A stretch of 62,361 nucleotides of DNA, the filler included, from Candidatus Tectimicrobiota bacterium (GTDB taxonomy: Bacteria > JACPSX01): assembly GCA_016193065.1 (NCBI GenBank). It is 7 parts of 7 records of this genome, joined end to end, with 100 filler letters (N's around TTAATTAATTAA, not from the genome) between each part and the next. Parts side by side here need not be neighbours in the genome. Positions count along the whole stretch, not along the records: positions 44,352 to 56,314 come from JACPSX010000186.1; positions 56,415 to 62,361 come from JACPSX010000182.1; 5 more parts are not named here. One strand, given 5' to 3'. The notes beneath the pieces were generated by a model that was not told the DNA's origin, ran no database searches, and was given only the letters and a program-made list of their open reading frames with translations. Each line of letters opens with the position of its first letter. Positions within the stretch are counted from its first letter, which is position 1. Shown one piece after another: positions 49,649-60,338 of this stretch. The translations under genes were made by a program, and so were the position numbers.

Positions 49649-52600
49649 CTAGCGGAAACGGAAAGAAAATTTCAGATCCACTCCGGCCTCCCCCCTCTCA
49701 TCCCGAATTCCAACCAGAGAAAGAGAGCGGGTGAGGCGATATTCCACCTCAAGCACCTGTCCTTCGGAGACCCCCACGATGCTGCTGTAAGTCACAGACA
49801 GGTCTTTGGAGAGATCTTTGCCTACCGTCACCCGGGGACCTGATCCCTGCCCCCCAACCACGTAAGGATCGACCTGGAAGCGATCCAGGCCCGTGATCTG
49901 ACGCACCCCTTTTTCCAGCTCCCTTTCCAGCTCTCCGGCCAGATAGGTGGAGGCCCCTTGAGCGGCAATCTCCCCCTGTCCGGGCGAGACCTCTCGACCC
50001 GTCTTGCCCAGGGTGATGAGGGAAACGATGTCAATCTCGTTCAGGGGGGGATTGGAGCTCAGGCCTACGTTGAATTGTTCCGGAGTGCCGTTTGCCCTTA
50101 ACGAGACCTGGTACCGCCTCACGGTCGCCTCCGCCAGCAGATCGAAATAGGGGACAAACCGGTTGGGGTCGAAGAAATCCAGGGTCCCTGAAGACACGAC
50201 GAACTCGGTGCCGCGGAAAACGATCTTTCCCTTCTTCACCTCGGCCCGGCCCGTGAGGCTCGGCCGCTGCAAGTTGCCGCCCAGCATGAGGTCGGCCCCC
50301 ATCTCCAGACGGGCTAGATTCGTGTCAATGAGGATCCCGTCCCGGCTGGTGATTTCCAAGTTAAGACCGAGATCCGCCACCCGCTCTCCGAAAGGTTCCA
50401 GACGACGCTTGCGCAACTGGGAGAGAAGAGACTTCAGGTCGATCTGCCTGTGGTAGATGGCCTTTTCAACGATGATTTGACCACTGAGGACTCGACCTCC
50501 GGGGCGCCCCTCCATGAGAAGCTGAGCGTTCACACGGGAGTTGAGTTCGGCTGGAAGGCGCAAGGCCAGATGCTCACCGTCCAGAACCAGGCGGAAGTTC
50601 CCCTTTTCCTTGCCGGCAAACAGGTATTCCCCCGAGCCGCTGAACCGACCGCCCCCTTCCATCCGGCCCCGGAATTCGAACACCCGCAACCGGTTGCCCG
50701 AAAACTCTCCGTCGGCCACCAGGTCGGATACCGACAGTCCCCCCAGTGTAGAAGCCGTGAACGCTCCTTCGCGCAGCGTTACAGCCCCCTCCATCTGCGG
50801 GCTGGCCAGGGGGCCGACAATTCTCATCTGGCCCTGCAGGGTACCGCGGGAAATCCGGAGCTGGGCACCCGCCAGGCGGGTACCCGGGCTTCTCAGGAGA
50901 CCCAGGCTGCCGGCCCCCCGCACGAGCAGGTCCGCTCTTTCCCCAAGGGTCACGGAGCCAGAGAGGTTCAGGTCTGTCCCTCCTCCGCGCAAATGAAAGC
51001 GGTTGACCGTCAACTTTCCTCCCTGATAGGCAAGCTCAATCGTCTCGGCGTTTGTCAATTCCACCCCGAACAGGCTGGCAGTCAGTTGCCTGACCCGGAT
51101 GCCCCCGGAAACTTGAGCTTTGGGGCGAAGGTTTCCCGCCAGATCCGCCTGCGCGCTAAACGTACCGCTCAGGGTCCCTGCCTTGCCTCCCGTGGCCTGC
51201 TGCACAAATGCCGCCAGGTCGCTGCGCGCCGCAGAGATTGTAGCCTGGAAGGGAAAGTCGCCCGCCAGTTTCCCGTTGCCCCGGACTTGGTAGCCGCCAA
51301 AACCTTCTCCCGACCACTCGATACTTTGGCCTTGTCCCCGTAAGGTGATCCGGCCTTCCCCTAGATTCTGACGCCACAGGCTCAACTTGGTAAGGTGGAT
51401 CTCTCCCGCCAGGGTGATTCCATCTCTGTTCCCGCTGCCGCTCATTTGCAGTTGGGCCACCCCCCCGGGCTCCGAACCTTGGGAGGCAAGAACTTGCAGC
51501 TTGGAGAGATCCAGAGCTGAGGCCGTGAGTTCCCCTCCCCATGCCCCTTTCTCCCAGCGGTAGTAGCCTTTCCCCCGCAGGGTTCCGGCGCCAAGCAGCA
51601 CGGCCAAGTTGTCCACCTTCAGTTCCCGTGCAGTTGTCAACCCGAGAGCTCCCTGCAGGGAAGAAAATGGTTCCCCCCGCCAGGTGCCAGCCTCGATTCT
51701 CACGATACCCTCACCCGACGGCGTAATCTCTTTCAGAGTCCCATCCACTTCGGCGGAACCCTCCAGGGAAAGGCGGGAAAAGTTCAGCACGGCGTTTCTG
51801 AAACTGCCGCCGAACAGACTGACCTTTCCTCGTGTGCTCCCCTTGCGGAAGCGGTCCCGGACAGAGACCGCCAGGTCCGCAACAAGGCGATCATAACCAA
51901 GCCCCCGGATCTCTCCGCGCTCCGCCCTCAGTAACACCCGGCCGGTTGCCCCAACTCCCGGACGCAGGGAATCCAGGGAGACGCTGGCTCGAAGAGCCGG
52001 AATCTTGCCCCCTCGAAACTCCCCCTGCAGCCATTCAACTTCAGCACTGCCCTTGAGATCCTGCGGCGACCCTGTCAAGGAGAGGGAGCCGTTCAGGTTC
52101 CCCGTGACCGGCCAGGATTTTCCAAGCACCTGCTGGAGGCGGCGGATCCCAATTCCTGCATAGGAGATCCCCAGTTCTTCAACCCCACGCAGAAAAGGAG
52201 CGGGCTTCTTCCCAAAGAGGTTCCCCGAAACCAAAAATCTCGCCCTCCCCCTGAGGTTCCCCTCGGGGTGGGAGAGGTGAAACTCACCCACGCGGAGATT
52301 TCCTCCGTCCCACTGTCCCGAGAACTTCAAGGAGGTGAAAGGAACCCCCTCGATTTCCCCTGAACCAAGAACCCCGCTNNNNNNNNNNNNNNNNNNNNNN
52401 NNNNNNNNNNNNNNNNNNNNNNGGCCGCCAAGATCGGATGACCCCAGCTCCCCGAGAGACGACCCTGGCCGCTTATCTCCCGGGCCTCTCCCTCCCATTC
52501 TAAATAGGCGGCCCAAGCGGAACGATAGGACCCCTGCAAGGGAAATTGCAGATCCACCCCCCCGTCCAAGGTAAGATCCCCACGGGGTTCCAGGGCGAGG

Positions 52601-53946
52601 CCGTGACTCATAAGCTTCGCCCGGGAAACATGGAACCGGTCCCCAGCGAAAGTCACATCCGCATCCAAGGTCAGAGGAGGGATCCCCATTTTTCGAGCTC
52701 CTTCCCCTTTTACATCGAGGGAAACCCGGCCCGTGACCCGGTGCGGCTCTGGTCCGGAATCCCCTCCTCCTTCCAGGGAGGCTTGTCCAGAGGCCGAACC
52801 GCTCAGATCCCGAAAGACGCCCATGGGGAGAAAGGGAAACACTTCCTCGATGCGGACCCCCTGCCATCGCACCTCACCCCGATAGCTGGGTTCCCCTCCC
52901 TCCGTGAATTGGAGCTCTCCCCGCCCTTTTAAATCCCCCTCTGCCCAGGCAACCTGCAATTGCTCCACCGCCAGGCGGCGGGCCGGGGACCACTGCCAGA
53001 GAAACTGCAATCGGGAGAGAGGAACTCTAGCCACCGTGACTTTGCTTCCTCCGGCCTCACCGGAGGCCCGCAGTTCGGGCCATGGACCCTCAATTTTCCC
53101 CCGCAGGGTGTAGAGCCCCTGAAACTGCCCGGCCGTCGGACGCGCCCCCCTGAGGGGTAAATCTGGAGGCAGGATCCTGGCGTCAAAGCGCACGGTCAGA
53201 GTGGGGGTCTCTCTAAAATCAACCACCCCTGCACCTGCGCCTTTCAGCCCGGGTAGTTCCATCTTCAACCGGCTGACCACAAGCTTCCTTTTCGCTCCTT
53301 GCCAGGCGCCCTCAACCTCCAACCGGCTCAAAGGAATCTGGAAGTCTGCCAGGCGCAAGTCTCCCCCCGACTGGGTGAAGCGGCCCGCAATCAGCCCCGC
53401 TCGGAAATCAACACTCCCCGACCCGTCGAGATCCACAACCCTCCCCGAAAGATCGCCACCTGCCGCGAAAGCCTGCAAGTCGCCCCGGTTGACCTGCACG
53501 CTCTCGGCAAAGAGATTCCAGGCTTCCGGGGTGGGAGAAGTCTTACGCTTTTGAAAGAGGGGAGAAAGGTTATCCCGGCCATCCTCATCAACGCGCAGGA
53601 GGACTCGCGGGCGATCGATCAGGACCGACTTCAAGTGCACGGTCCGGAAAAACAGAGGCAAGAAGCGCAGGCGCACCCGGACCCGATCGGCCCGGATCGG
53701 GATCTCCCGGCCTCCGGGCTGCGGTCCCGCAATGGCGACCCCCTGTGCTTCCAGGGAGAGGGACAGTGGCTCCACCCGCAGCCGATCCACATGCAGGGTC
53801 GACTGCAGGTTTTCATTATAGAGTGTGACCAGGCGACTCAAAAGCCAGCGATTGACCTGATCACTCTGGACCCAGACGCGCAGAAGAACCAGGGCCGCGC
53901 CGACGGCCAGGGCGGTCGCAAAAAGAAAGCCCCATCGCCGCTTCAT
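49649..53946 (-). CDS. tamB: TamB/AsmA-like protein (split by the N gap at 52379-52422)
   Basis: N-terminal TM anchor, beta-taco repeats, DUF490-like C-terminus (LSSNPPL, VGKDLS, FRFR). Confidence 0.85.
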
Positions 53947-53963
53947 TTAGGGGATCCTCGAGA

Positions 53964-54657
53964 TCAGGGCTCCGTCCTCGAGGCTGGCAAAGCCACCTTG
54001 CGCTTCAGACGGGCATAGACAAACTCTGCGGGCCCGGAGAGGGCGTAGGCCCCCGAAAGCACCAGGAGCATCACCTGAGGAACAGAAAGGACAATGTAGA
54101 GGAGCAAAACGGCAAACACGAGAACGCCGAAGGGCTTGCGTCCCGCAAACCGGGCCCGCTTGTAGCTCCGGTAGCGCAGATTACTGACCATAAGAAACCC
54201 CAGGGTGTAGACCAGACTCACCACCACCAGAGGAGGCATGCGGTAAAAAGATCCCACGTGAAAGGTGAAAAGCGCTGTGGAGGCAACGACCAGAGCCGCA
54301 GCCGGGATCGGGAGGCCCACGTAATCAACTCTCTTGGGGTCAGCCGACAACACATTAAATCGAGCCAGGCGCAGGGCCCCGCACAGGATAAAGAGGAATG
54401 CGGCGAGCCACCCCACCCGTCCGTAGGGTTTCAAGACCCAGACATAGACGAACAGGGCCGGGGCGAGGCCGAAGGAGACCAGGTCACAAAGGGAATCGTA
54501 CTGCACCCCAAATTCGGAAGTGGAGCGGGTCCAGCGCGCTACCCTGCCGTCAAAGCCGTCCAGGAGCGCGGCCAGAACGATGGCGTATGCGGCCAGTTGA
54601 GGACGGTTGTTAAGAACCGAAACGATGGAAAAGAATCCACTGGCGCTTTTCAGACAT
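53964..54657 (-). CDS. pssA: CDP-diacylglycerol--serine O-phosphatidyltransferase, frameshifted near its 5' end
   Basis: DGFDGRVAR..S.FG.QYDSLCDLVSFG, RLARFN. The SD and ATG at 54657 (MSEK) are out of frame with the body. Confidence 0.85.
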
Positions 54658-54954
54658 TTCGACCTCCCGCACCCACCTGAATGCTGCCGACCGCGCCCAT
54701 CCGGAATTTCACCCGTGACTGCCAAACATTTGCACGCGACAGACCTCTGGAAAACTGGATCTCCAGCAAGCAGTATCGCAACTTTTTTAGAAGCGCAAGA
54801 GGACAGATTGCGGGATACTCTCTAGCCGGGGACCCATATCGAGTAATAGGGCAAGCGTGGCGGCACCCCCAACGAAGCCCCGCCAACTCTTAACCGGGTC
54901 CTTACGCCAGAGGCAAACAGGATCCCCCCGGGCCGGCCGCAAAGAGCGGCTACT

Positions 54955-55050
54955 TTACTTGCGCTTGCCAATGCAGGGCCTGCGGCCGTGATTGGCCTTC
55001 TTCGATCGCCAACGGATCTTGCTACCCCGTCGACCTGTCCCTTTCCGCAT
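54955..55050 (-). CDS. 31-aa basic microprotein resembling ribosomal protein bL37
   Basis: MRKGTGRRGSKIRWRSKKANHGRRPCIGKRK; GGAGG SD; extended -10 upstream. Confidence 0.75.
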   Translation of the reverse strand: MRKGTGRRGSKIRWRSKKANHGRRPCIGKRK

Positions 55051-55090
55051 CCTGTCCTCCTCGGGGTTTGGAGAATTTTAGCACCGGCGT

Positions 55091-55099
55091 ATTATACCA
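55091..55099 (-). promoter_or_regulatory. Extended -10 promoter for the bL37-like ORF
   Basis: TGgTATAAT on the minus strand. Confidence 0.6.
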
Positions 55100-55109
55100 C
55101 CGGCAATTG

Positions 55110-55138
55110 TTGACCGATACAAAAAGTTGGGTTATAGT
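55110..55138 (+). promoter_or_regulatory. sigma70 promoter for hppA
   Basis: TTGACC-17 nt-TATAGT. Confidence 0.65.
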
Positions 55139-55256
55139 ACGTCGGCTTTGAACATCCCCGGCCTTGCAATCCGATCCTAAAAGCCGGATCCCTGATCGTG
55201 CCAATCTTCAGGCGAACTGAACTCGGGCGAAACTCTAAGGGAGGAGACAACTCAAG

Positions 55257-56314
55257 ATGCTGGCGGCCGTCATCATTCTCAACGTAGCGGTGTTGTTCTT
55301 TGTCCTCTGGCTGGCGAGATCGGTCCTCAAAGCGGATACAGGGACCCCGAATATGCAAGTGATCTCCGACGCCATCAAGGAAGGCGCCGAGGCTTTCCTG
55401 AAGCGCCAGTACACGACGATCGCCTGGCTCAGCATCCTGGTCGGCGTCATCATCTTGCTGGGGTACGGGTTTTTTAAAAACTGGGATCTGGCGATGAAAA
55501 CAACCATCGCCTTCTTTCTGGGAGCCGCGTGCTCGGCGTTGGCCGGCTACATCGGCATGTACATTTCGATCCGGGCCAACATCCGCACGGCCAGCGCCGT
55601 GCGCAACAGCCTGAACCGAGGTCTCACCATCGCCCTGCGGGGGGGGGGTGTTTCGGGGCTCACGGTGGTTTCCATGAGCCTCCTGGGCGTCGGCGGCCTC
55701 TTCTATCTGTACGGAGGATTAGTAGAGCCCCAAAAAGTACCTTTCCTTCTGGTGGGCTACGCGTTCGGCGCCAGCTTTGTGGCCTTATTTGCTCAACTTG
55801 GAGGGGGAATTTACACCAAGGCCGCTGATGTGGGCGCCGATTTGGTGGGCAAGGTCGAGGTCGGCATCCCCGAGGATGATCCCCGCAATCCGGCCGTCAT
55901 CGCCGATCTGGTGGGCGATAATGTGGGGGACTGCGCGGGCCGCGGCGCCGACCTCTTCGAGTCCACCGCCGCCGAAAACATTGGAGCCATGATCCTGGGA
56001 GTCGCCCTCTATCCCGCTTTTGGCATCAACGGCATCCTCTTCCCTCTGGTCGTGCGCGCCCTGGGGCTCATCGCCAGCATCGTGGGAATCATGGTCGTGC
56101 ACACGAAGGAGAACAAAGATCCGATGGCCGCCCTCAACCGCGGCTACCTGGTGACCTGCGTGCTGGCCATCATCGGGTGCTACATAGCCGCGAAGGGGAT
56201 GCTTAACAACATCTGGTTTTTCTGGGCCGGACTCACGGGGGTCGTGACCAGCTTTCTCTTCGTCCTCATCACCCAATACTACACCGAGTACCGCTACCGC
56301 CCGGTTAAGGAGAT
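55257..56314 (+). CDS. hppA: Membrane-integral H+/Na+-translocating pyrophosphatase (3'-partial)
   Basis: GGGIYTKAADVGADLVGKVE.GIPEDDPRNP, DNVGDCAG. Confidence 0.95.
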
Positions 56315-56414
56315 NNNNNNNNNNNNNNNNNNNNNNNNNNNNNNNNNNNNNNNNNNNNTTAATTAATTAANNNNNNNNNNNNNNNNNNNNNNNNNNNNNN
56401 NNNNNNNNNNNNNN
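56315..56414. other. Artificial scaffold spacer
   Basis: N-TTAATTAATTAA-N. Confidence 0.98.
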
Positions 56415-57154
56415 ACCGGCGGCATAAGCGATACGGCCATCTGTTCCAGAACCGGTATAAGTCCATTATTTGCGAGGAGGACCCGTATCTGCAGGAGTTG
56501 ACCCGCTACATCCACCTGAATCCTGTCCGGGGCGGTATCCTGAAAGGGCTGTCCGAACTGCGTCGGTATCCCTGGACAGGGCATTCTGCGATCCTGGGAG
56601 GGGTGGAGCGGGTCTGGTAGGACACCGCCGCGATACTGTCCTACTTCGGGCGAAAACGGAAGCAGGCCATCGAGCGATATGAAGACTTTGTGAGGGAGGG
56701 GATATCTCAAGGGAGGAGGCATGAATTAGTGGGTGGCGGCCTCGTCCGAAGCTTGGGCGGCTGGTCGCAAGTTCTCTCACTAAGGCGCAAGGGCGGCAGA
56801 GTTGCCTCGGATGAACGGATCCTGGGGAGTGGAGAATTCATTGAGCAGCTGCTCGCGGACGCGGCGAGCCGAGAGAAGGAGACCTTGCGGCTCTCCCGGA
56901 AGATTGTGGACTTGGCGAGCTTGGCCGAGAAGATCGCGTCGGGGCAGGAGGTAACGGAAGAAGAGTTGCGGTCGGGGAGTCGGCGGAGAGGTGTGGTGAG
57001 AACACGGCGGGTGTTCTGTCAGGTGGCCGTGAAGAGCCTGGGGTATTCCGGGGCGGAGGTGGCACGGTTCTTGGGAGTGACGACATCATCGGTGAATCGG
57101 TTGGCTGTTTCCGATGAACTGCCAGAATCCATGAGATACCGGGAAGTGCTTTAG
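56415..57154 (+). pseudogene. Y1/RAYT-like transposase with C-terminal HTH; 5'-partial, in-frame TAG at 56618
   Basis: GHLFQNRYKS, YIHLNPVR, YPWTGH, W*D, ILGSGEF, AEVARFLGV. Confidence 0.8.
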
Positions 57155-57420
57155 AACCTACGTCCCCCTTAACTGTGATCCGTGGGTGGCAGTCTATGTG
57201 GAGACAGCCAGGTATGCCGACCTGTATCTGATGAGCTTGGAGCATTTCGATCAGGTGTACTGCACGAACAAATCCTGCGCCATCGACGCGTGGAAGATGG
57301 GTGAGAAGCAAAAGCGTGATTACGACATGGACAAGGACGTTCAACATATCTACGTCGAGTTCAGAGCGCACAACTGGGCCTTTAGCGACCAGAAGGCGCA
57401 AATGGCGCGCGCGGCGGGTC

Positions 57421-57493
57421 GCCGAACATTACGTTCGATCGGGCCGTCGGCTCGCGATGTTCGCCGTACTGCTGCTGACCGCGAGCGTTTGTC
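57421..57493 (+). other. Degenerate attC-like site
   Basis: GCCGAAC...GTTTGTC ends, about 73 nt, partial internal symmetry; lies at a gene 3' end before a TA pair. Confidence 0.35.
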
Positions 57494-57558
57494 CAGGAAG
57501 AATTGAGATTCGCTCGATTCTGTGCTATTTTATTGAACGAAAAGCAGGAGAATCTGCC

Positions 57559-57747
57559 ATGTCAACAATGATGGAAAAGGAGGAAGCCCACAGACTCATC
57601 GATCGGATGCCTCCAAACGCCACATGGGAAGATCTGATGCGTGAAATATACGTTCGGGAGGCAATTGAGCGTGGGTTAGCAGACAGCGAGGCAGGACGTA
57701 CTAAAGACGTGAAAGTAGTTCGGGCAAAGTACGGCTTGCCGGAATGA
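57559..57747 (+). CDS. Small antitoxin-like protein
   Basis: MSTMMEKEEAHRLIDRMP.NATWEDLM.EIY...IERGLAD; ATGA overlap with the toxin. Confidence 0.8.
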   Translation: MSTMMEKEEAHRLIDRMPPNATWEDLMREIYVREAIERGLADSEAGRTKDVKVVRAKYGLPE

Positions 57748-58046
57748 AGGTCCACTGGACAGATGCAGCGGAGGGGCACCTCGATGCCCTCTACGCTTAC
57801 ATTGCTCAGGATTCGCCCGAGTATGCCAGGCGCATGGTCGACCGACTTACCCGAAGATCACAGCAGATTGCCGAGTTCCCCTTTTCAGGACGCAGAGTTC
57901 CAGAATATGATATTGACCAGATCAGAGAAGTGATCGAAGGTCCTTACCGCATCATCTACCACATCAAGCCGGATCAGATTGATGTCCTGGCTGTCATCCA
58001 CGGAGCTATGGATGTCCTTGGTTCATCAGAAGAAGAGAAGGACTGA
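57744..58046 (+). CDS. RelE/ParE-family toxin
   Basis: VHWT..A..L...YIAQD, FPFSGRRVPE, YRIIY. Confidence 0.88.
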   Translation: MKVHWTDAAEGHLDALYAYIAQDSPEYARRMVDRLTRRSQQIAEFPFSGRRVPEYDIDQIREVIEGPYRIIYHIKPDQIDVLAVIHGAMDVLGSSEEEKD

Positions 58047-58062
58047 ATCCAGGATCGACGAT

Positions 58063-58531
58063 ATGGATGTCTGGTGGATTGATGAACCGATCGTTCTCGG
58101 TAGCTGTAACCCCAGCACGGAAGATCTGGAAGCACTTCGCGCGCAAGGATTCGAGGTGTTGGGTCTCGCTGCTTCGTGAGCAGGAGCAACCGCCACGCTA
58201 CGATGTGGATCGCGTGCTCGCCCTGGGGTATGCGAGGCGCAACATTCCGGTGCGAGACTTCCAGCCGCCGAGCCTGGCCCAGCTCGGAGAGTTTGTCGAT
58301 TTCGTCTCTCACCTTCGGGCAGGCTCGAAAATTGTAATCCACTGCGAGGCCGGTGTGGGCAGGACGGGTACGTTCGCGGCCGCATACTGGATCGGGAAAG
58401 GGCTGCCTGCCGCGTAGGCGATTCGAAGAATTCGCGAGACGCGACCAGGCGCGATCGAGACGCCTGAACAGATTGCAGCCCTGGAGGAACTCGCTAGAAC
58501 GCGCGCGGCCAAGGGTTCGGGTGCAGTTTAG
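58063..58531 (+). pseudogene. Dual-specificity phosphatase pseudogene
   Basis: HCEAGVGRTG motif; frameshift near 58162 and in-frame TAG at 58415, after which the frame continues (RPGAIETPEQ). Confidence 0.8.
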
Positions 58532-58539
58532 AGGGTGTC

Positions 58540-59013
58540 ATGGCGAAGAAAAGTGCCGGGCTTCTGCTTTTCCGGGAGAGATCAGGTCATTTTGAGGTCC
58601 TCCTGGTCCATCCGGGTGGTCCCTTCTGGGCCAAGAAGGATGAGGGTGCGTGGTCTATCCCCAAGGGAGAGTTCGAAGACGGCGAGGATCCTTTGACTGC
58701 GGCCAGACGTGAGTTTGAAGAAGAGACCGGGTTTATGGCCGCCGGTGACGTCATTCCGCTGGAGCCACTGCGTCAGCCCGGTGGCAAAGTCGTCTACGCC
58801 TGGGCGATGAGGAGAAACCTCGATCCGGCCGGCTTGAAGAGCAATACGTTCTCGATGGAGTGGCCCCCGAGGTCCGGAAAGCAGCAGGAGTTCCCTGAGA
58901 TCGATCGGGCAGCCTGGTTTCCCATCGAGATCGCCGCAGGGAAGATTGTGAAGGGCCAGGCGGGCTTTCTTGCCGAGCTTGAAGCGAAGCTCGGCAGCGG
59001 GCGGGCGACTTAG
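58540..59013 (+). CDS. NUDIX hydrolase
   Basis: HPGGPFW, PKGE...AARREFEEETG, FPEIDR. Confidence 0.92.
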   Translation: MAKKSAGLLLFRERSGHFEVLLVHPGGPFWAKKDEGAWSIPKGEFEDGEDPLTAARREFEEETGFMAAGDVIPLEPLRQPGGKVVYAWAMRRNLDPAGLKSNTFSMEWPPRSGKQQEFPEIDRAAWFPIEIAAGKIVKGQAGFLAELEAKLGSGRAT

Positions 59014-59047
59014 CTCTTTTTGGTGCACTGCACTGGATTCCCGTTCC

Positions 59048-59123
59048 CGGGCGCAATGAATTGCGCCCCTACCGAAATGAACATCAGGATAAACGACTGG
59101 ATTCCCGCTTGCGCGGGAATGAC
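59048..59123. repeat. Cluster of REP-like palindromes
   Basis: GGGCGCAATGAATTGCGCCCCTAC (GTAG type) and CTGGATTCCCGCTTGCGCGGGAATGAC. Confidence 0.7.
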
Positions 59124-59182
59124 GAAGACAAAGCGATTCCCGACGGAGCAGGTTTCTCAAGTAATCAACGCCGCGGTTCGAA

Positions 59183-59211
59183 TTGACTTTTCCTCGTGCT
59201 GATGATAAGGT
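59183..59211 (+). promoter_or_regulatory. Candidate promoter for tctCBA
   Basis: TTGACT-17 nt-TAAGGT with a TGn extension. Confidence 0.4.
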
Positions 59212-59346
59212 AGCGCCATTCTTCAGCACAGCGTAATGTCAAGGCCGCCGAGTCGTGCGATCGTAGTTTTGCAGCAAACTTTCGCAGCGGCGGCTCGGCC
59301 CCTCGTCTGCAGGGAATCGATCCTAAGGGTGAAGAAGGAGGAGACG

Positions 59347-60318
59347 ATGAGGAAAATGTTAGTAGTCTCTGCAATGTTCTTGTTGGCCCTGGCATTTTTC
59401 GGGACTGCCCTGGCTCAGGAAAAGTATCCGTCCAAGCCCATCAAGATCATCATCCCACTTGGACCGGGCTCGGGAAATGACGTGGTCACCCGGATCCTGA
59501 GCGAGTCTCTGGAAAAGGAACTGAAGACACAGGTGAGCGTGGAGTACAAAGCCGGCGGGGGAGGAGGTGTGGTAGGGTCTGATTTCGTGGCTAAATCCAA
59601 GCCGGACGGTTACACCTTGGGAACGCTCAACAACTCGGTGTTCACCATCTCACCCGTGTTCACCCCGGTGCCCTATGACCCGGTCAAGGATTTCTCCCCG
59701 ATTGCCCGCCTGGGCAGCGGATCGGTCGTGCTGGTGGTCAATTCCAATTCCCCATGGAAAACCCTGGAGGATTTCCTGGACTACGCCAAGAAAAACCCGG
59801 GAAAGGCCACCTCCGGAACGACAGGGGCAACCGCAGTGGGAGGCCTCGATATAGAGCTCCTGAAGATCGCGGCGGGTATTCAGTTGACTCTCGTCCCCTA
59901 CAAGGAGGGATCCGGACCCAACATCGCGGCGCTGCTGGGGGGCCACATCGACTCTGCCATGCAGCTTTGGCCCGTCTTGACCAGCCATGTCCGTGGGGGG
60001 AAGCTGCGGCCCCTGGCGACGACCTCGCCCCTCAAGGAGTACCCGCAGGTTCCCACTTTTGCAGAGAAAGGACTCTCGTCGGTGAGCCTGGATGTCTGGT
60101 TTGGGTTCTACGGACCGGCCAATCTCCCTAAGGAGGCAATGGCGAAACTGGTTCCCGCCTTCGAGAAGGCGCTCCGAGATCCGGAAAACGTGGCAAAACT
60201 GGAGAAGATCGGCTGGAGGGTGGCCTACGAAGGCCCCCAGGATGTGTCTGAACGGATCAAGAAAGAACTCGCCGTTGTCCAGGACATCGCCAAGAAGGCG
60301 GGGATCAAGGCGCAGTGA
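59347..60318 (+). CDS. tctC: Tripartite tricarboxylate transporter solute-binding protein (Bug/TctC)
   Basis: Signal peptide, YPSKPI, PDGYTL, VPYK.G, GGHID, VPT. Confidence 0.92.
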   Translation: MRKMLVVSAMFLLALAFFGTALAQEKYPSKPIKIIIPLGPGSGNDVVTRILSESLEKELKTQVSVEYKAGGGGGVVGSDFVAKSKPDGYTLGTLNNSVFTISPVFTPVPYDPVKDFSPIARLGSGSVVLVVNSNSPWKTLEDFLDYAKKNPGKATSGTTGATAVGGLDIELLKIAAGIQLTLVPYKEGSGPNIAALLGGHIDSAMQLWPVLTSHVRGGKLRPLATTSPLKEYPQVPTFAEKGLSSVSLDVWFGFYGPANLPKEAMAKLVPAFEKALRDPENVAKLEKIGWRVAYEGPQDVSERIKKELAVVQDIAKKAGIKAQ

Positions 60319-60338
60319 GGAGGGTCGGGTAAGCGAGA

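Noticed and set aside
9952-56414. Six identical TTAATTAATTAA motifs as a biological repeat
   Set aside because: Each is centred in a 100-nt N block, so they are concatenation linkers.
56618-58417. Two in-frame TAG codons as amber recoding
   Set aside because: Many intact genes here end in TAG, the phosphatase is also frameshifted, and single substitutions explain both.
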